IMG/VR virus record: IMGVR_UViG_3300035680_000003
Reading direction: 5' to 3' (one strand)
Length of the DNA stretch: 64,000 nucleotides
Origin: a virus
Taxonomy: Duplodnaviria > Heunggongvirae > Uroviricota > Caudoviricetes
Shown: in pieces, positions 42,693 to 53,840 of the stretch
Position numbering within the stretch: the first letter of the stretch is position 1
Layout of the letters: each line of letters begins with the position of its first letter
Notes under the pieces: generated by a model
The model's input: the letters and a program-made list of their open reading frames with translations, nothing else
Databases searched by the model: none
What the model was told of the DNA's origin: nothing
Position numbers and translations under genes: made by a program

Positions 42693-45089
42693 TTATACTG
42701 CTGTAAATGTTTTAGTCAACGGAACTAATGTAATCGCAGTTGATATTTTGTTAGTTGAACCATATTGGAATATTGGATCAGCATACAGTACTGTGTTTGT
42801 ACCAGTACCGTTGATAGCACGATTTGAACCATCTCCAACAGGTATGTTGAATGTACACACACCAAACTGCATGGATGCTGAACCACTCATTGTAATACCG
42901 TGAGTATCGGACCCTGCTCCAGTGTTGTTAAGAATAACTTCACCCATACCCCATTGTACTGAACCACTTAGGGTAATAACAGAGCCAGTGTTGGCATCCA
43001 ATGAACTTCTCAACATAGTTCCTAATGAATCGTTTGCTTGGTTAAGTACTTGTCCTGTACCGTTAGTTTCAAGATTGTTTATACTACAAAAGCCACGTTG
43101 GATATCTATTAGATATACAGAGCCACCGGCTCTAGCCATGGTACAATCATTCATTTCCACTCTGCTACCTGTGCCAGTGTTATCCGCATAAACACAACTC
43201 TTAGTGGCGTTGCCTTGATAGCAGTATACATCGTTTAGGTAAAGTTTTGCTGGATTAGATCCAGTTAACTCGATACTGTGATACGTATCGTCGGTGCGAA
43301 CGGCAATATTAAATAGGCCAAATCTATTAACGTTTATAGCGTTTGTGCCGGTGTTTGCCGGAGTGATAGTAACATGTCCCTCAATCCAAATAGGTACATG
43401 GCCGGCATCGGGAGTTTCGCCACAGATAAAAATATTTCCACGAGTCAACGCCACATTCTCTGTGATAGAACTCTTTAGGAAAATAAACTGTGGGTTATCA
43501 ACGATAGAACCGTTTATGTCAATTACTAAACTAGTATCAGCAATCCTTGCTTCAATATAGGCCAATGCCGACGCGATATTTTTGAAAGGTTTGTGTAAAC
43601 TGCCATCAGCGGTGTATGTGCCCGTATTAGTTGGGTCGACAATCCATTGACTATCCGCTGTGTCGATATATACACTAACGCCTTCACTGTCGAGGATATC
43701 GCCCGGTACTGTTAGAGTACCATCATTGCCAAATTCCCAAGTATTGCCACCAAGAACATCACCATTGGTGTAGCCACCTGTGATTACCTGTACAACTCCA
43801 GACTGTGTGGTTTCTGTGTAAGCACGGCCGCCTGTGATTCTAACATCGCCACCATAACTACTGCCTGCGGCATTCTCAACAGTTACATCGCCGCCGGTGA
43901 TTTCCACAAATCCAGGATTGCCCGTGGTAGAAGTGTTAAAGTGAGCAACATTGCCCCCTTCAATCCTAACATAGCCACCTGTGTCGTTAAGGCCTTCGCC
44001 GCCGCGTAATTTAACATCGCCACCACTGCCGCCACCTTGGCCCCATCCTTCAGTGTTGCCGTTGGTGTCACCTCCAACTCCGCCCCAAATGTAAACATCG
44101 CCGCCTTCACCTGTGGTGCTGGTTGAGCCGTAGCCACGCTGGCCTTGGATCACAATACGTTGAGCGTTGGTGTTGTTTTCTGTAGCTGTCGGTCCTGTGA
44201 CGATAACTTGATTTTCGCTGTCGTTGCTTAACTGTAGTGTTGGACCACTAAGGGTGGTAGTAACATCGTAGCCCATATTAGATTTAGTTGGCAGAGTCAA
44301 GCCTTCCGGTAGTTCTAGACTGCCATCAAATCTAAATGTCCATGTGTAGTCAGTTGACGTGGTCTCTGTAGTAATCTCAATTCCGCTATTGGCAGGCATG
44401 TCAGCTTGGTTTACAAGTGTTAATTGAAATTCATTGCCTCCTGATATGTAAACATCGTCTGCGGCGTCTAACGTAATATCTCTTCCTGAACGAATAGTTA
44501 TATCATCGTCGCCAGTGGCCATGCCAAAGTAACTGTTACTTTCACCAACACCGTTAACTATGTCCAACCCAATGGTGTTGATGTAGTTGTAATTAAAATC
44601 AATGTCATCTATTGTTATAGGCTCTGGGTGTGCTGTAGCCAGTGTTATGGTGTACAATGGTGGATTACCACTAGAGATTACATTGGTCACTGTTGATGCG
44701 AGATCATCAGTGTTGGGATTTATCACTAGGTTGATGTTGCTGTAATTATAGGGAAAGGCAAGATTGCCATCAAAATACTCCACCCATCTTGACAACAGAT
44801 CATCGAGATACAGTCCAATATTATCTCCCATCTGTACAGCAATAGATCCAGTGGTATAGGCAAAAGTGTGTTCACTACCGTCGTTAAAATTATCTGAATA
44901 AGTTTTTTCTGCTGTTATTTTATTACCAGTACCACCAATGGATTCTAATCCGCTCCATACCGTTGTGCCATCACCAACTCTCAGTTGATTATTAGTAGTG
45001 TCGTAGCCTGCTTCACCTAAGGCCAGTACCGGATCGTTAGTAGTCCAATTAGCGGCTGTATCTCTACGTAGTTTGATTCTTGTTGTCAT
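42693..45089 (-). CDS. Tail fibre/receptor-binding protein with Mtd_N-like N-terminus
   Basis: MTTRIKLRRDTAANWT..DPVLALGEAGYDT...RVGDG..W..L; Gly-rich GGDV repeats; beta-helix-like C-terminus. Confidence 0.8.
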   Translation of the reverse strand: MTTRIKLRRDTAANWTTNDPVLALGEAGYDTTNNQLRVGDGTTVWSGLESIGGTGNKITAEKTYSDNFNDGSEHTFAYTTGSIAVQMGDNIGLYLDDLLSRWVEYFDGNLAFPYNYSNINLVINPNTDDLASTVTNVISSGNPPLYTITLATAHPEPITIDDIDFNYNYINTIGLDIVNGVGESNSYFGMATGDDDITIRSGRDITLDAADDVYISGGNEFQLTLVNQADMPANSGIEITTETTSTDYTWTFRFDGSLELPEGLTLPTKSNMGYDVTTTLSGPTLQLSNDSENQVIVTGPTATENNTNAQRIVIQGQRGYGSTSTTGEGGDVYIWGGVGGDTNGNTEGWGQGGGSGGDVKLRGGEGLNDTGGYVRIEGGNVAHFNTSTTGNPGFVEITGGDVTVENAAGSSYGGDVRITGGRAYTETTQSGVVQVITGGYTNGDVLGGNTWEFGNDGTLTVPGDILDSEGVSVYIDTADSQWIVDPTNTGTYTADGSLHKPFKNIASALAYIEARIADTSLVIDINGSIVDNPQFIFLKSSITENVALTRGNIFICGETPDAGHVPIWIEGHVTITPANTGTNAINVNRFGLFNIAVRTDDTYHSIELTGSNPAKLYLNDVYCYQGNATKSCVYADNTGTGSRVEMNDCTMARAGGSVYLIDIQRGFCSINNLETNGTGQVLNQANDSLGTMLRSSLDANTGSVITLSGSVQWGMGEVILNNTGAGSDTHGITMSGSASMQFGVCTFNIPVGDGSNRAINGTGTNTVLYADPIFQYGSTNKISTAITLVPLTKTFTAV

Positions 45090-45102
45090 TTATCTGCTCC
45101 GA

Positions 45103-45309
45103 TTATGCTGTTCCACCATCTAAGGTGATGTCTGTTGCTGTAGTGTAGGTCCAGGCTGAATCGCCACCTTCTACATAGTATTTTGCTTGATTGTTGGTGA
45201 TTGCCAGGCTAGACGACCAACGATCGCCGGTCCATGTGTAGGTTACTGCGTTGGTAGCCACATAACTTTGGCCCACTGTGGGCGATGAGGGAAATGTTAT
45301 TGCTGTCAT
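45103..45309 (-). CDS. Small virion protein
   Basis: FPSSPTVGQ.Y...TYTW.G.RW module typical of phage fibre-associated proteins; upstream GGTAAATA. Confidence 0.65.
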   Translation of the reverse strand: MTAITFPSSPTVGQSYVATNAVTYTWTGDRWSSSLAITNNQAKYYVEGGDSAWTYTTATDITLDGGTA

Positions 45310-45326
45310 AATGTGTATTTACCCTA

Positions 45327-46034
45327 TCATAGTCCGAATCTTGCCCGTAGAGCCGCATAGTTCTGTAGTTGTTCTGCTTCAGTTAGCACTCTATTGTATA
45401 GTAGGATAACAGCAAGTTTGCCTTTGAATCCTCTACTAAAGTAACCTTCCCCCCATACATAAGGAGTAGATCCCCATGATTGATTGGTTCTGGCGGCTCC
45501 TAGTATATTCCAACCTGTGACCAAATTCCCTGCTCCTGGAATAACAGTACCGTTTATGTAATAGTTAGTTGCTGTTAGATATGCCCAGTCAGCGTTGTTG
45601 CCTGGATTTTGTATACTCCATGGACTTGATCCGTTAGCATTACCAAATCGCATGGTACGGTCAGCATCAACACCTAGTCCATATGCTAGATTAGCATCAT
45701 CTACATTGTAACTGAAATCAGGTTGAAATACCAGTGTACAATCTTGATAGTTCTGTGATAGGCTTGATGTCATACAATTTGCCGAGTCGCCATCAAATAT
45801 AAAGTAACTAGAAGTACCGCTGTTGACAAATCCCACGGTCCCATTTAATGAAGCATCAGCACCTTGACCACTTATATCAAACCATGTGGCAGATTGCGAG
45901 CCTGGATAACTGGCTGTGATGCCTGCATCTAGATGAGCGATAAGGCCGTCTGTGACAATGGGCGGAGGCGGCGTGTGACCCCTCAGTGTAACACCGTTGC
46001 TGATAGTCTGTGCTGATCTAATAGTTATTGACAT
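45327..46034 (-). CDS. ConA/LamG-like lectin-fold virion protein
   Basis: DGLIAHLDAG..SYPG...W.D.SG and the C-terminal F.G.L....LYNRVLT..E..QNY pattern. Confidence 0.78.
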   Translation of the reverse strand: MSITIRSAQTISNGVTLRGHTPPPPIVTDGLIAHLDAGITASYPGSQSATWFDISGQGADASLNGTVGFVNSGTSSYFIFDGDSANCMTSSLSQNYQDCTLVFQPDFSYNVDDANLAYGLGVDADRTMRFGNANGSSPWSIQNPGNNADWAYLTATNYYINGTVIPGAGNLVTGWNILGAARTNQSWGSTPYVWGEGYFSRGFKGKLAVILLYNRVLTEAEQLQNYAALRARFGL

Positions 46035-46051
46035 ACTTTTATTTTACCGTT

Positions 46052-49000
46052 TTAAGTAACAAGAGTTGTTCCATACAGAGGCCACCAAGATGTAACGCCG
46101 TCACCAACAAGATAAATCAATTCTGCTGTTCCCTCAGGAGCAACATTTACCGCACCGTCGATGGCTCCATCTACAGTTAATGTACAATTACTGGAGATGT
46201 TGACAATAACTAATCGTTGTCCCGCCGTCCCGGGAGGCAATACAACAGTATGACCATCACTGCCACTATAACCACCAACCACTGTACAGAACAGTAAGTT
46301 GAATGTAACATTAGTAATCGTTAGCGTAGTATTAACACCATCAAACTCGTAGGTTTCTTGTCCTGTAACTACTGTCAATACTGAAGTACCAGAACTATTT
46401 TTAATGTCTCCACCATCAGGCAGTGTTAAACTACCATCCCCAGCAAAGGTCCACAACTGTGAAGTAGCACTGGTATCAACATTTGGTACTTTTATGTATA
46501 TTTGATCATCTGCGGCCACTTTGACATACTTGTCATCGTTGCCCAGGAATATGCTGGTCTGTGCCATATTCTCACTGATCAAATGTATGTGTCCGCTTTC
46601 ACTGCCTTCGGTTGTGCCGTCTACTATATTGACACGCAGGTAATTGGATCCAGCACCTGGAGCATAAGTTCCAGTAGTAACAATAGTGACAGTAAATGTT
46701 TCTTCGCCTTCAACAATAGCATCGTTAGCTATCATTAGCATGTTGGTATTAGTATAATTAAAACCGCCACCATCTAAAGTCCAATTAGCAGCCGCAAATG
46801 TTCCTGTTAGTACGGCAGGTGTGAAGTCTGCGGCTGTAATACCTGTGCCGGTAATTATGTATTCTACATCACCCTGAACATACTGAAGACCGCTAGCGTC
46901 CCACAATGTTATAGAAATAACAGTACCTTCTGTGCCAGTGCTCACATAAGGGTCAGGATATGTCACTGGATCAAGTTCATGTAAGTATTGCTGATAACCT
47001 TGATCAGTGGGGTAGTCAGCAGTCATATACGAATTATATGTCGAACGCAGAACTAGACTAGTTGCCTGTCCCGGACTGTTTGGAGTCAATACTAATGTGC
47101 TAGTCGTGTCTACAATGGTAGCACCGTTTGGTAATGTTAACCCACCATCTGCGGCAAATGTCCAAGTATTAATTGCTGTTGATGTGCTAGCAGTTTCAAT
47201 GTAGACATTAGGATCACTGTTGTTGCCCAGGATTGTGCTGGCTGTGCTTAATGTTAAGACACCATCTGTGCCAAATACCCAAGTGCTGGTTGTAGCAGTT
47301 GAATAAGTTTGAACAACAATATTACCCCCATTCTTTTCAATCTTAACATACTGATCATCATCGCCTAGGAATAGATCAACTGTGGTAGGATTGCCTGATA
47401 TCAAGTGTATGTGATTTGTTTCAGTAGTGCTGGTACTGCCAGTTGGACGAATAACCAAACTCTGTCCAGCACTGGCTCCAGGTGGGGATATAATCGTAGT
47501 AGTGTTTGTTTCACTTATGGTGCTACCTTGGGGGAATTCTAATTCCCCATCTGTGCCAAATGTCCAGGTGCTGTTGGTAACAGTTGAGTAAGTTCCAACA
47601 ACTATGTCACCACCGTGATCTATTTTAACAAACTGGTCATCGTTGCCTAGATATAGATCAGTCTCGCCACCAAAGCCTGCTGTCAAGTGTATGTGATTAC
47701 CATCAACAACTGTGGGATAAATCAGCAATGCTTGAGTAGCACTAGATGCACCTGCGGGTTCAATTCTAAAAGCCCCCATACCCGATGATATAGTAGCACC
47801 GTCGTTTAATGTTAATGTACCATCCGATTCAAGTATAAATTCAGCGTCATTGTTAACTAATCTATCACCTAATGCTGTGGTACTGTCACCTGTGTACAGT
47901 GTGCCTATTAGAAAGGCACTGCTGTCGACGATTGGTGTAACAGTGGCAACGGTTATGTTTGACGTATTGTCAGTGTCAGTCTTATCTGCGTTGACCACTG
48001 TAATGTCGCTGGCCGATGTGTCTAATGTACCAGTAAGATTTGAGGCTCTGAAATCCCATGCACCCACTGCGAACGGGTCGCCTGTGGCAGGTAACTGTGC
48101 TATTAGAGCATGGAAGTCACTTGGACCTTCAAACGACCCAAAGCCACCGGCAAGTGCTACATAATCTTGTTTGACCGCTAGGTTACTTCCGCCGCCTTGA
48201 CCAGCCAAGAAGTCGGAACCACTGACTGAAAGCGTATCTATATTATCTAATAGTCGTTGCCATACTACTGTACCATCTAGATTATATTTGGCCACTACAC
48301 AGGAAATGTCAATAGGATCGTCGGGCCCTGGATTGGGCACAGTTGTAGTGAACAGTGAACCAGACAGATAAAGTTTATCATCAGCACCAACCACTATGCT
48401 GGTGGCAATTGCTCCACAGTCGCCCTCTACACGACGGCTCCACTGTTTGACACCTGCACTGTTGAATTTAACTAAATTCATACAAATACCGGGTCCAGCA
48501 TTGTCGACTTCGTATTGTCCGCAGACATAGACGTTACCCTCACTGTCAATGTCAGCATCTGCTCCAGTACTGTCATATCCCTCGTCAAACAATATGGCCC
48601 TTTGCCAGTCAATGGTACCATCGCTGAGATACTTGACCACCAGCATGTGATTGTCTGTATCGCCTTCCCCACCCAGTTGATCCATATATCCAACGGCTAC
48701 TACTTCGCCTGTGGGTCCAACTGCCATGCCGTAGGCTTCTTCGTCATCCTGTCCGTCTAGTTTTTTTGACCAAATGATTGAACCATCTTCAGCATCAACT
48801 TTAGTGGTTGTCACATAGCCACCGCCAAGGTTGTCAAAAGTGTAACCAACCATGACGGGATTTCCGTCCGATGCTACATCAACTACCTGGCTGTTACTGT
48901 TAATGCTCTCGCCAAACGCATAGGTCTTGCTCCATTCAACTGAGCCGCCGCCGCTGGCAATTTTAGTTAAAGTGGACTTTTCCTGTCCGCCATCGGTATT

Positions 49001-52000
49001 TGTTTTTCCCGCTACATAGATGAATCCATTGGTTGGATCTACGGCCAGGCCCCATCCATCTGTTTCGTAGCCTGTACTAAATCGTGTGGTCCAAATTCGT
49101 GTGCCAGATGTGGTGTACTTGCCCACTGAATAAAATGACCCGCCACTGTCTTCCCCGTGATAGAAAAGAGCAATCACGTTGCCAACACTGTCATATTCTA
49201 CACTCAGTGCTATCAGTGGTGTATCTAGTAGAGGAGTTGCTGACTCAAATGTCTGTACCCACACGTTGCTGGCAGCACTGCCGCCGCCCAATACACTAAC
49301 TCCATTGCTGTCAAGGATATCACCACCTGGTGGTAGTATGATATTGTTGTTGACAAATGTCCAAGTGTTGGTTACAGTAGAAGATCCACTGACACTGCCC
49401 AAGGCCAGTGTTTCACCAGTGAGTCCAACTATGTCAGTGACATAACTAACGCTGAGACTACTTGTTGACAATATTGCGGTTGATGTACCGGTTGACCACG
49501 TCAGGGTAGTCACAGTATATGTGCCAGTTGAAGAAATACTATCTATGTCACTGGTAAGATCAGCTATGGTTATATTGCCAAAGGTGCCAGTAACGCTGCC
49601 ATCGATGGGCAGTTGTGCCACCAATACTCTTGTCTCATTAGTGCCAGTACTGTCATCAATATCCGAACTGGTTACAGCAGTGACCGCTATCTTATCTTGA
49701 TATATATCGCCTACTCTGTGGCCAGAACTGCCGCCGCCGTCAGCACCTTGATCTATTATAACTACACCCGCATCAGTTATCAGTATACGACTGTATAACA
49801 TTTCTCCGTTGGCAGGATTGAGTTTTGTTATCCATAACTGTGGCTGTCCTACTGGCGGACCAGGTATGGTTCCAGTTACATATACATTGCCACTGGCGTC
49901 AAAACTTAAATCGTATGCTCCTGTACTGTAGGAGCCGGGGCCGCCGTCTGTAATAGGGTCAAGTTCTCCCGTCGCTAGATATGAAGCCCATATCAAGTCA
50001 CCATCTGTGTCGAATTTAGATACCACGGCCTTTTGATCAGGGTCATCGTTGACTATGGTATAAACATAGCCACCGTTGTATATCACCGCAGCGGCTAGAT
50101 CTCCTGTGGTAGTGACTAATTCTTTGGTCCATTGGTGTATGCCATTGATGTCCCACTTGGATAACATCGCACGTAAACCGCCGTCATAATAATCACCTAT
50201 GGCCCAAACATCACCAGTGGCAGGGTTAACAGTCACAGCACGGTATTGTCCATCGACAGGAAGGTCTTCAAAATCCTCGGGTATGATATTGCCGGTCCAA
50301 ATTGGTGTTCCGCTGTCTCCATCGATTTTAATCACTACAGGAGTAGTACTGTACGAGATGTTGTCATAGTAAGAACCTGCTAGATAATAATTTCCAGAAT
50401 TATCACAGGCTATATCCACAGCAGAAACATACCCATCCACGAAACCTAGACTTCCTTGGGCTATTCCGCCCAGTCCAAGATTTCCATCAGTGTCCATATA
50501 GCCGGACCAGCAACCGAAGCCGCTGACAACAGCAGTGGCCAACCAGTAGATTCGATCATTGCTGTCTATGGCAAAGGCCTGATTGACCGCACCGCAATTG
50601 GCACCACTGTTGTCATGCCATGTTCTACTCCATAATAAATTACCATTGGTATCGTATTTTAACAGTAGACTATCTACATCATTTAGGCCGCCGTCACCAA
50701 ATAGTACACCACCTAGCACATATACATTGCCCACGCTGTCATAGAAAGCACCGGTGCCTATGGTATAACTAGAAGTAGTGACCGCAGTGGTTATGCCGCC
50801 AAATTCTGCTGCCCAGTATGGACGAATTACTCCACTACTGGGTACTTGTATTGTCACGCTGTTGTTGCTGACAGATAACTTGGTATTATCGCCACCATCT
50901 ATGACAATGGCATCGCTGTCAACATTGGCAGTACTGATAACGGTACCATCAATGGCCAATCCGTCTAGGTATGTTTCTGGACTTGGGATCTGTGTTGGAC
51001 TTGCGTCTAACCATACACCGCCGGTGGCAACATAGGTACGTCCTTCAACAGTGTCAAACCATTGCGAACCAGGCGTAGTCGCTGCTGGAGCAGTATCTGA
51101 AATTATCACTGCACCGAGTACAATGTTGGTATCTCCCTGGACAGTTAAGTTGCCGGTGGTGTTTACTGTGATGAGAGGGTTGCCGTCAACTGTGACATAG
51201 TTGTCTTGGTTAACTCCCAGTGCCACTCCGCCGATATAGATCGTGCCTGTTCCAACATAGATACTACGCCATTGACTTGATGTAGATCCTAGATCGTACT
51301 CTAGATCAGCGTCGGGAAGGATATGGCCAGGCGCAGTCAGTGCACCATCTTTACCAAAACTCCAAAGATTTGTCACATCTGTACCAATCTGTACACCCAC
51401 GTTGGTCAAAGTTGAATCATAGGGTAACTTGACGTAGTTAAGGTCATCACCGAAGAATAGATCTACAGTGGTAGGGTCATCACGCATGATGTGGAAATGT
51501 GATGCGACGGTTGGCACACACTCCGGAGTGTTACCAAACAATACTGTGCCACGATCGGTGGTTAGTTTAATACCATCTAAAGTACCGCTACCAATAGTTC
51601 CGTACGGTAATACGATATCTCCAGGGGCAGTTAATGTGCCATTACCACCAAATGTCCAATTGCTACCAACATCATCGCCGGCACTGATTTGTATGTCTGC
51701 AATAGATTTAATTAATGCGTTAGTCGTTGTGTATAACGCATTACTAGAGGTGGTTAATGTTATTGTACCATCAGTACCTAATATTACACTGTAACTGCCT
51801 GTAGTTAATCTATCTTCTTGTGCTCGCTCACCTTGTGGACCAGTTGGTCCTGGATCTCCTTGTGGACCTGTTGGACCTACAGAACCTGGATCACCTGTTG
51901 CACCTGCTGGTCCTGGATCACCGATGTCACCTTGTGGACCAACAATTTGTCCAACATCGTTCCACGCTGTATTCGTTCCCCAGAACCATACACGACCTGT

Positions 52001-52672
52001 ATCAACAGCAATATAACCTTCACCGAAGTTAGCACTCAGTGGAAGAGACAATGAATTAGTTACTGTACCTAATAGAACAATACTGACACCTTGATCTCCA
52101 GTTAGACCTCTAGGACCGGGATCGCCCTGTGGACCAGTTGGACCAACAGCACCCGGATCTCCACTTGCGCCTGCTGGGCCAGCAGGCCCACTAATACCTG
52201 TATTACCTTGTGGACCAGTTGGTCCTACAGCCCCGTTTTCACCCGCAACGCCTTGGGGCCCTTGAACGCCTTGTGGACCTGTGGGGCCTGTTACTCCTGC
52301 ATTTCCTTGAGCACCCGAAGGTCCAGATGGTCCAACATCGCCTTGAATGCCCTGAGGGCCTGTTGCTCCTGCATTTCCTTGAGCACCCGAAGGTCCAGTT
52401 GGCCCCACTGCACCTGCATTTCCTTGTGGACCAGTTGCACCCGAAGGTCCTTGTGGACCAGTACTACCGTTTACACCTGAAGGGCCAGTTAGTCCTACAT
52501 TTCCTTGTGGACCAGTTGCACCCGAAGGCCCAGTTGGTCCAGAAACGCCGCCACCTATTCCGCCTGCATAAATTTCGTCGAAGTTAGCATTTACTTTGAC
52601 AAATGCAGAACGAATGCTTTCACCATCACCTGCTAGTTCTCCCGAACCTATACTAATTGTCTGTTTTGTCAT
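46052..52672 (-). CDS. Very long tail fibre/adhesin (2206 aa): collagen stalk, two beta-propeller regions, repeated WxFGxDG modules, Calx-beta-like segment
   Basis: N-terminal G.GDG..IR.AF.KVN.NF.E.Y anchor; long G-X-Y run; KY/F-D..G...W propeller repeats; [11 protein letters not shown] motif. Confidence 0.85.
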   Translation of the reverse strand: MTKQTISIGSGELAGDGESIRSAFVKVNANFDEIYAGGIGGGVSGPTGPSGATGPQGNVGLTGPSGVNGSTGPQGPSGATGPQGNAGAVGPTGPSGAQGNAGATGPQGIQGDVGPSGPSGAQGNAGVTGPTGPQGVQGPQGVAGENGAVGPTGPQGNTGISGPAGPAGASGDPGAVGPTGPQGDPGPRGLTGDQGVSIVLLGTVTNSLSLPLSANFGEGYIAVDTGRVWFWGTNTAWNDVGQIVGPQGDIGDPGPAGATGDPGSVGPTGPQGDPGPTGPQGERAQEDRLTTGSYSVILGTDGTITLTTSSNALYTTTNALIKSIADIQISAGDDVGSNWTFGGNGTLTAPGDIVLPYGTIGSGTLDGIKLTTDRGTVLFGNTPECVPTVASHFHIMRDDPTTVDLFFGDDLNYVKLPYDSTLTNVGVQIGTDVTNLWSFGKDGALTAPGHILPDADLEYDLGSTSSQWRSIYVGTGTIYIGGVALGVNQDNYVTVDGNPLITVNTTGNLTVQGDTNIVLGAVIISDTAPAATTPGSQWFDTVEGRTYVATGGVWLDASPTQIPSPETYLDGLAIDGTVISTANVDSDAIVIDGGDNTKLSVSNNSVTIQVPSSGVIRPYWAAEFGGITTAVTTSSYTIGTGAFYDSVGNVYVLGGVLFGDGGLNDVDSLLLKYDTNGNLLWSRTWHDNSGANCGAVNQAFAIDSNDRIYWLATAVVSGFGCWSGYMDTDGNLGLGGIAQGSLGFVDGYVSAVDIACDNSGNYYLAGSYYDNISYSTTPVVIKIDGDSGTPIWTGNIIPEDFEDLPVDGQYRAVTVNPATGDVWAIGDYYDGGLRAMLSKWDINGIHQWTKELVTTTGDLAAAVIYNGGYVYTIVNDDPDQKAVVSKFDTDGDLIWASYLATGELDPITDGGPGSYSTGAYDLSFDASGNVYVTGTIPGPPVGQPQLWITKLNPANGEMLYSRILITDAGVVIIDQGADGGGSSGHRVGDIYQDKIAVTAVTSSDIDDSTGTNETRVLVAQLPIDGSVTGTFGNITIADLTSDIDSISSTGTYTVTTLTWSTGTSTAILSTSSLSVSYVTDIVGLTGETLALGSVSGSSTVTNTWTFVNNNIILPPGGDILDSNGVSVLGGGSAASNVWVQTFESATPLLDTPLIALSVEYDSVGNVIALFYHGEDSGGSFYSVGKYTTSGTRIWTTRFSTGYETDGWGLAVDPTNGFIYVAGKTNTDGGQEKSTLTKIASGGGSVEWSKTYAFGESINSNSQVVDVASDGNPVMVGYTFDNLGGGYVTTTKVDAEDGSIIWSKKLDGQDDEEAYGMAVGPTGEVVAVGYMDQLGGEGDTDNHMLVVKYLSDGTIDWQRAILFDEGYDSTGADADIDSEGNVYVCGQYEVDNAGPGICMNLVKFNSAGVKQWSRRVEGDCGAIATSIVVGADDKLYLSGSLFTTTVPNPGPDDPIDISCVVAKYNLDGTVVWQRLLDNIDTLSVSGSDFLAGQGGGSNLAVKQDYVALAGGFGSFEGPSDFHALIAQLPATGDPFAVGAWDFRASNLTGTLDTSASDITVVNADKTDTDNTSNITVATVTPIVDSSAFLIGTLYTGDSTTALGDRLVNNDAEFILESDGTLTLNDGATISSGMGAFRIEPAGASSATQALLIYPTVVDGNHIHLTAGFGGETDLYLGNDDQFVKIDHGGDIVVGTYSTVTNSTWTFGTDGELEFPQGSTISETNTTTIISPPGASAGQSLVIRPTGSTSTTETNHIHLISGNPTTVDLFLGDDDQYVKIEKNGGNIVVQTYSTATTSTWVFGTDGVLTLSTASTILGNNSDPNVYIETASTSTAINTWTFAADGGLTLPNGATIVDTTSTLVLTPNSPGQATSLVLRSTYNSYMTADYPTDQGYQQYLHELDPVTYPDPYVSTGTEGTVISITLWDASGLQYVQGDVEYIITGTGITAADFTPAVLTGTFAAANWTLDGGGFNYTNTNMLMIANDAIVEGEETFTVTIVTTGTYAPGAGSNYLRVNIVDGTTEGSESGHIHLISENMAQTSIFLGNDDKYVKVAADDQIYIKVPNVDTSATSQLWTFAGDGSLTLPDGGDIKNSSGTSVLTVVTGQETYEFDGVNTTLTITNVTFNLLFCTVVGGYSGSDGHTVVLPPGTAGQRLVIVNISSNCTLTVDGAIDGAVNVAPEGTAELIYLVGDGVTSWWPLYGTTLVT
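51820..52550 (-). repeat. Collagen-like G-X-Y coding repeat
   Basis: GPTGPQG/GPSGAQG triplets; DNA duplicate CCTGCATTTCCTTGAGCACCCGAAGGTCCAG at ~52297 and ~52368. Confidence 0.9.
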
Positions 52673-52681
52673 TGCAAGTCC

Positions 52682-53116
52682 TTAATGATTAATTCTAATA
52701 TTGTTTACAGTACCATCAGTCCAATCACTTACTCTGGCTCTAATCCAGACATAGTTTCCGGTAAAATTATAACTCTTTATATTAGTAGTTGCAGTAGTGT
52801 ATTCGACGCTTGAAATGTTTTCTTCGCTAATCAGTCCTGTTGTATCAATAGACATGTTGTTTGTGCCTAGCTCAACAGAAAACCAGTCAGTGGACTGCGG
52901 TGAGGACGCAAGCGACCCCTGCATCTCTATCTTTCCGATAAACTCGTTTATATTGATTTGGACAGTGTGAAAACCGTCGCTACCCCCGAAGTAACCGTCA
53001 CCTTTTATAGGATCGCTGGCATAAATTAGGGCAGTTGTACCTGTATTAGGATAATCTAATACTACTGTACTGGATGAATTGACGTTGAACGTTAAACTTT
53101 GGCTTAGTGATGGCAT
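52682..53116 (-). CDS. Virion structural/late hypothetical protein
   Basis: 144 aa, beta-rich; TAAATA upstream (~53126). Confidence 0.65.
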   Translation of the reverse strand: MPSLSQSLTFNVNSSSTVVLDYPNTGTTALIYASDPIKGDGYFGGSDGFHTVQININEFIGKIEMQGSLASSPQSTDWFSVELGTNNMSIDTTGLISEENISSVEYTTATTNIKSYNFTGNYVWIRARVSDWTDGTVNNIRINH

Positions 53117-53150
53117 AGTAACAATATTTATGCTACTATACCACTTTCAC

Positions 53151-53840
53151 TTATACGGAAAAAGCAGTCTCTCTAAGGATAAACTCTTCAACTTTTTTGA
53201 TGTATCCGCTCAAATATATGCCTACCATGCTGAGCATTTTGTCGTCTTCTACGTACATAAAGGGATCTTGTGCGTAGTGTCTAGTGCTTACAAGCCATCG
53301 TCTACTGGTTTCGCTAATGTCTAGCTTGTCTCCGTACTTATCTGCCCAGGTTACAAATGTAGCTCGCTTGTCTGCAGGGAATCTTGATTTAAAATATACC
53401 CTGTATTTGTACTTTTCTTTGGGAAATACGTCTCGCAGTATCTTTTTATGACCATTACTAAGCATGAATTCTAGTTCTTGGTCCGTAGTCGGCCCGCTTA
53501 TCTTTCTAATCCACTTGTTTAGATCTTTATCTATTGTTTCTAATATAGATTTGTCTGTGCAAAATAGATTAAAATGCGACCCTTCTACTCGAATTTTTAC
53601 ATCGGGGTTGTCAATGAACGGTGCTACTAAGTTAGTAAACTCTAAGTAATCTGCTTTGTTGATTTGCAAAGCAGACAGCCTATCAACGTGCATACCTTTA
53701 CCAGTAGCACACCACTCTCGAACAATATCGACTCCGCTGTGAACAATTCTAGAGGCTCCTACTTGTCTACATTCGACTTTGTAGGGCCACTTGTTATAGA
53801 ACAGTTTACTGGAGTTCAGTTTCTGTATCTGTGTTTTCAT
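53151..53840 (-). CDS. Hypothetical protein downstream of clpA
   Basis: Likely start ATG 53840 (MKTQIQK), overlapping the end of clpA. Confidence 0.65.
   Translation of the reverse strand: MKTQIQKLNSSKLFYNKWPYKVECRQVGASRIVHSGVDIVREWCATGKGMHVDRLSALQINKADYLEFTNLVAPFIDNPDVKIRVEGSHFNLFCTDKSILETIDKDLNKWIRKISGPTTDQELEFMLSNGHKKILRDVFPKEKYKYRVYFKSRFPADKRATFVTWADKYGDKLDISETSRRWLVSTRHYAQDPFMYVEDDKMLSMVGIYLSGYIKKVEEFILRETAFSV

Noticed and set aside
42693-45089. Diversity-generating retroelement suggested by the Mtd_N-like domain
   Set aside because: No reverse transcriptase, accessory gene or TR/VR pair was seen in the window.
51820-52550. Collagen repeat as a phase-variable or contingency locus
   Set aside because: Units are in-frame multiples of 9 bp with synonymous variation; length change would not switch expression.
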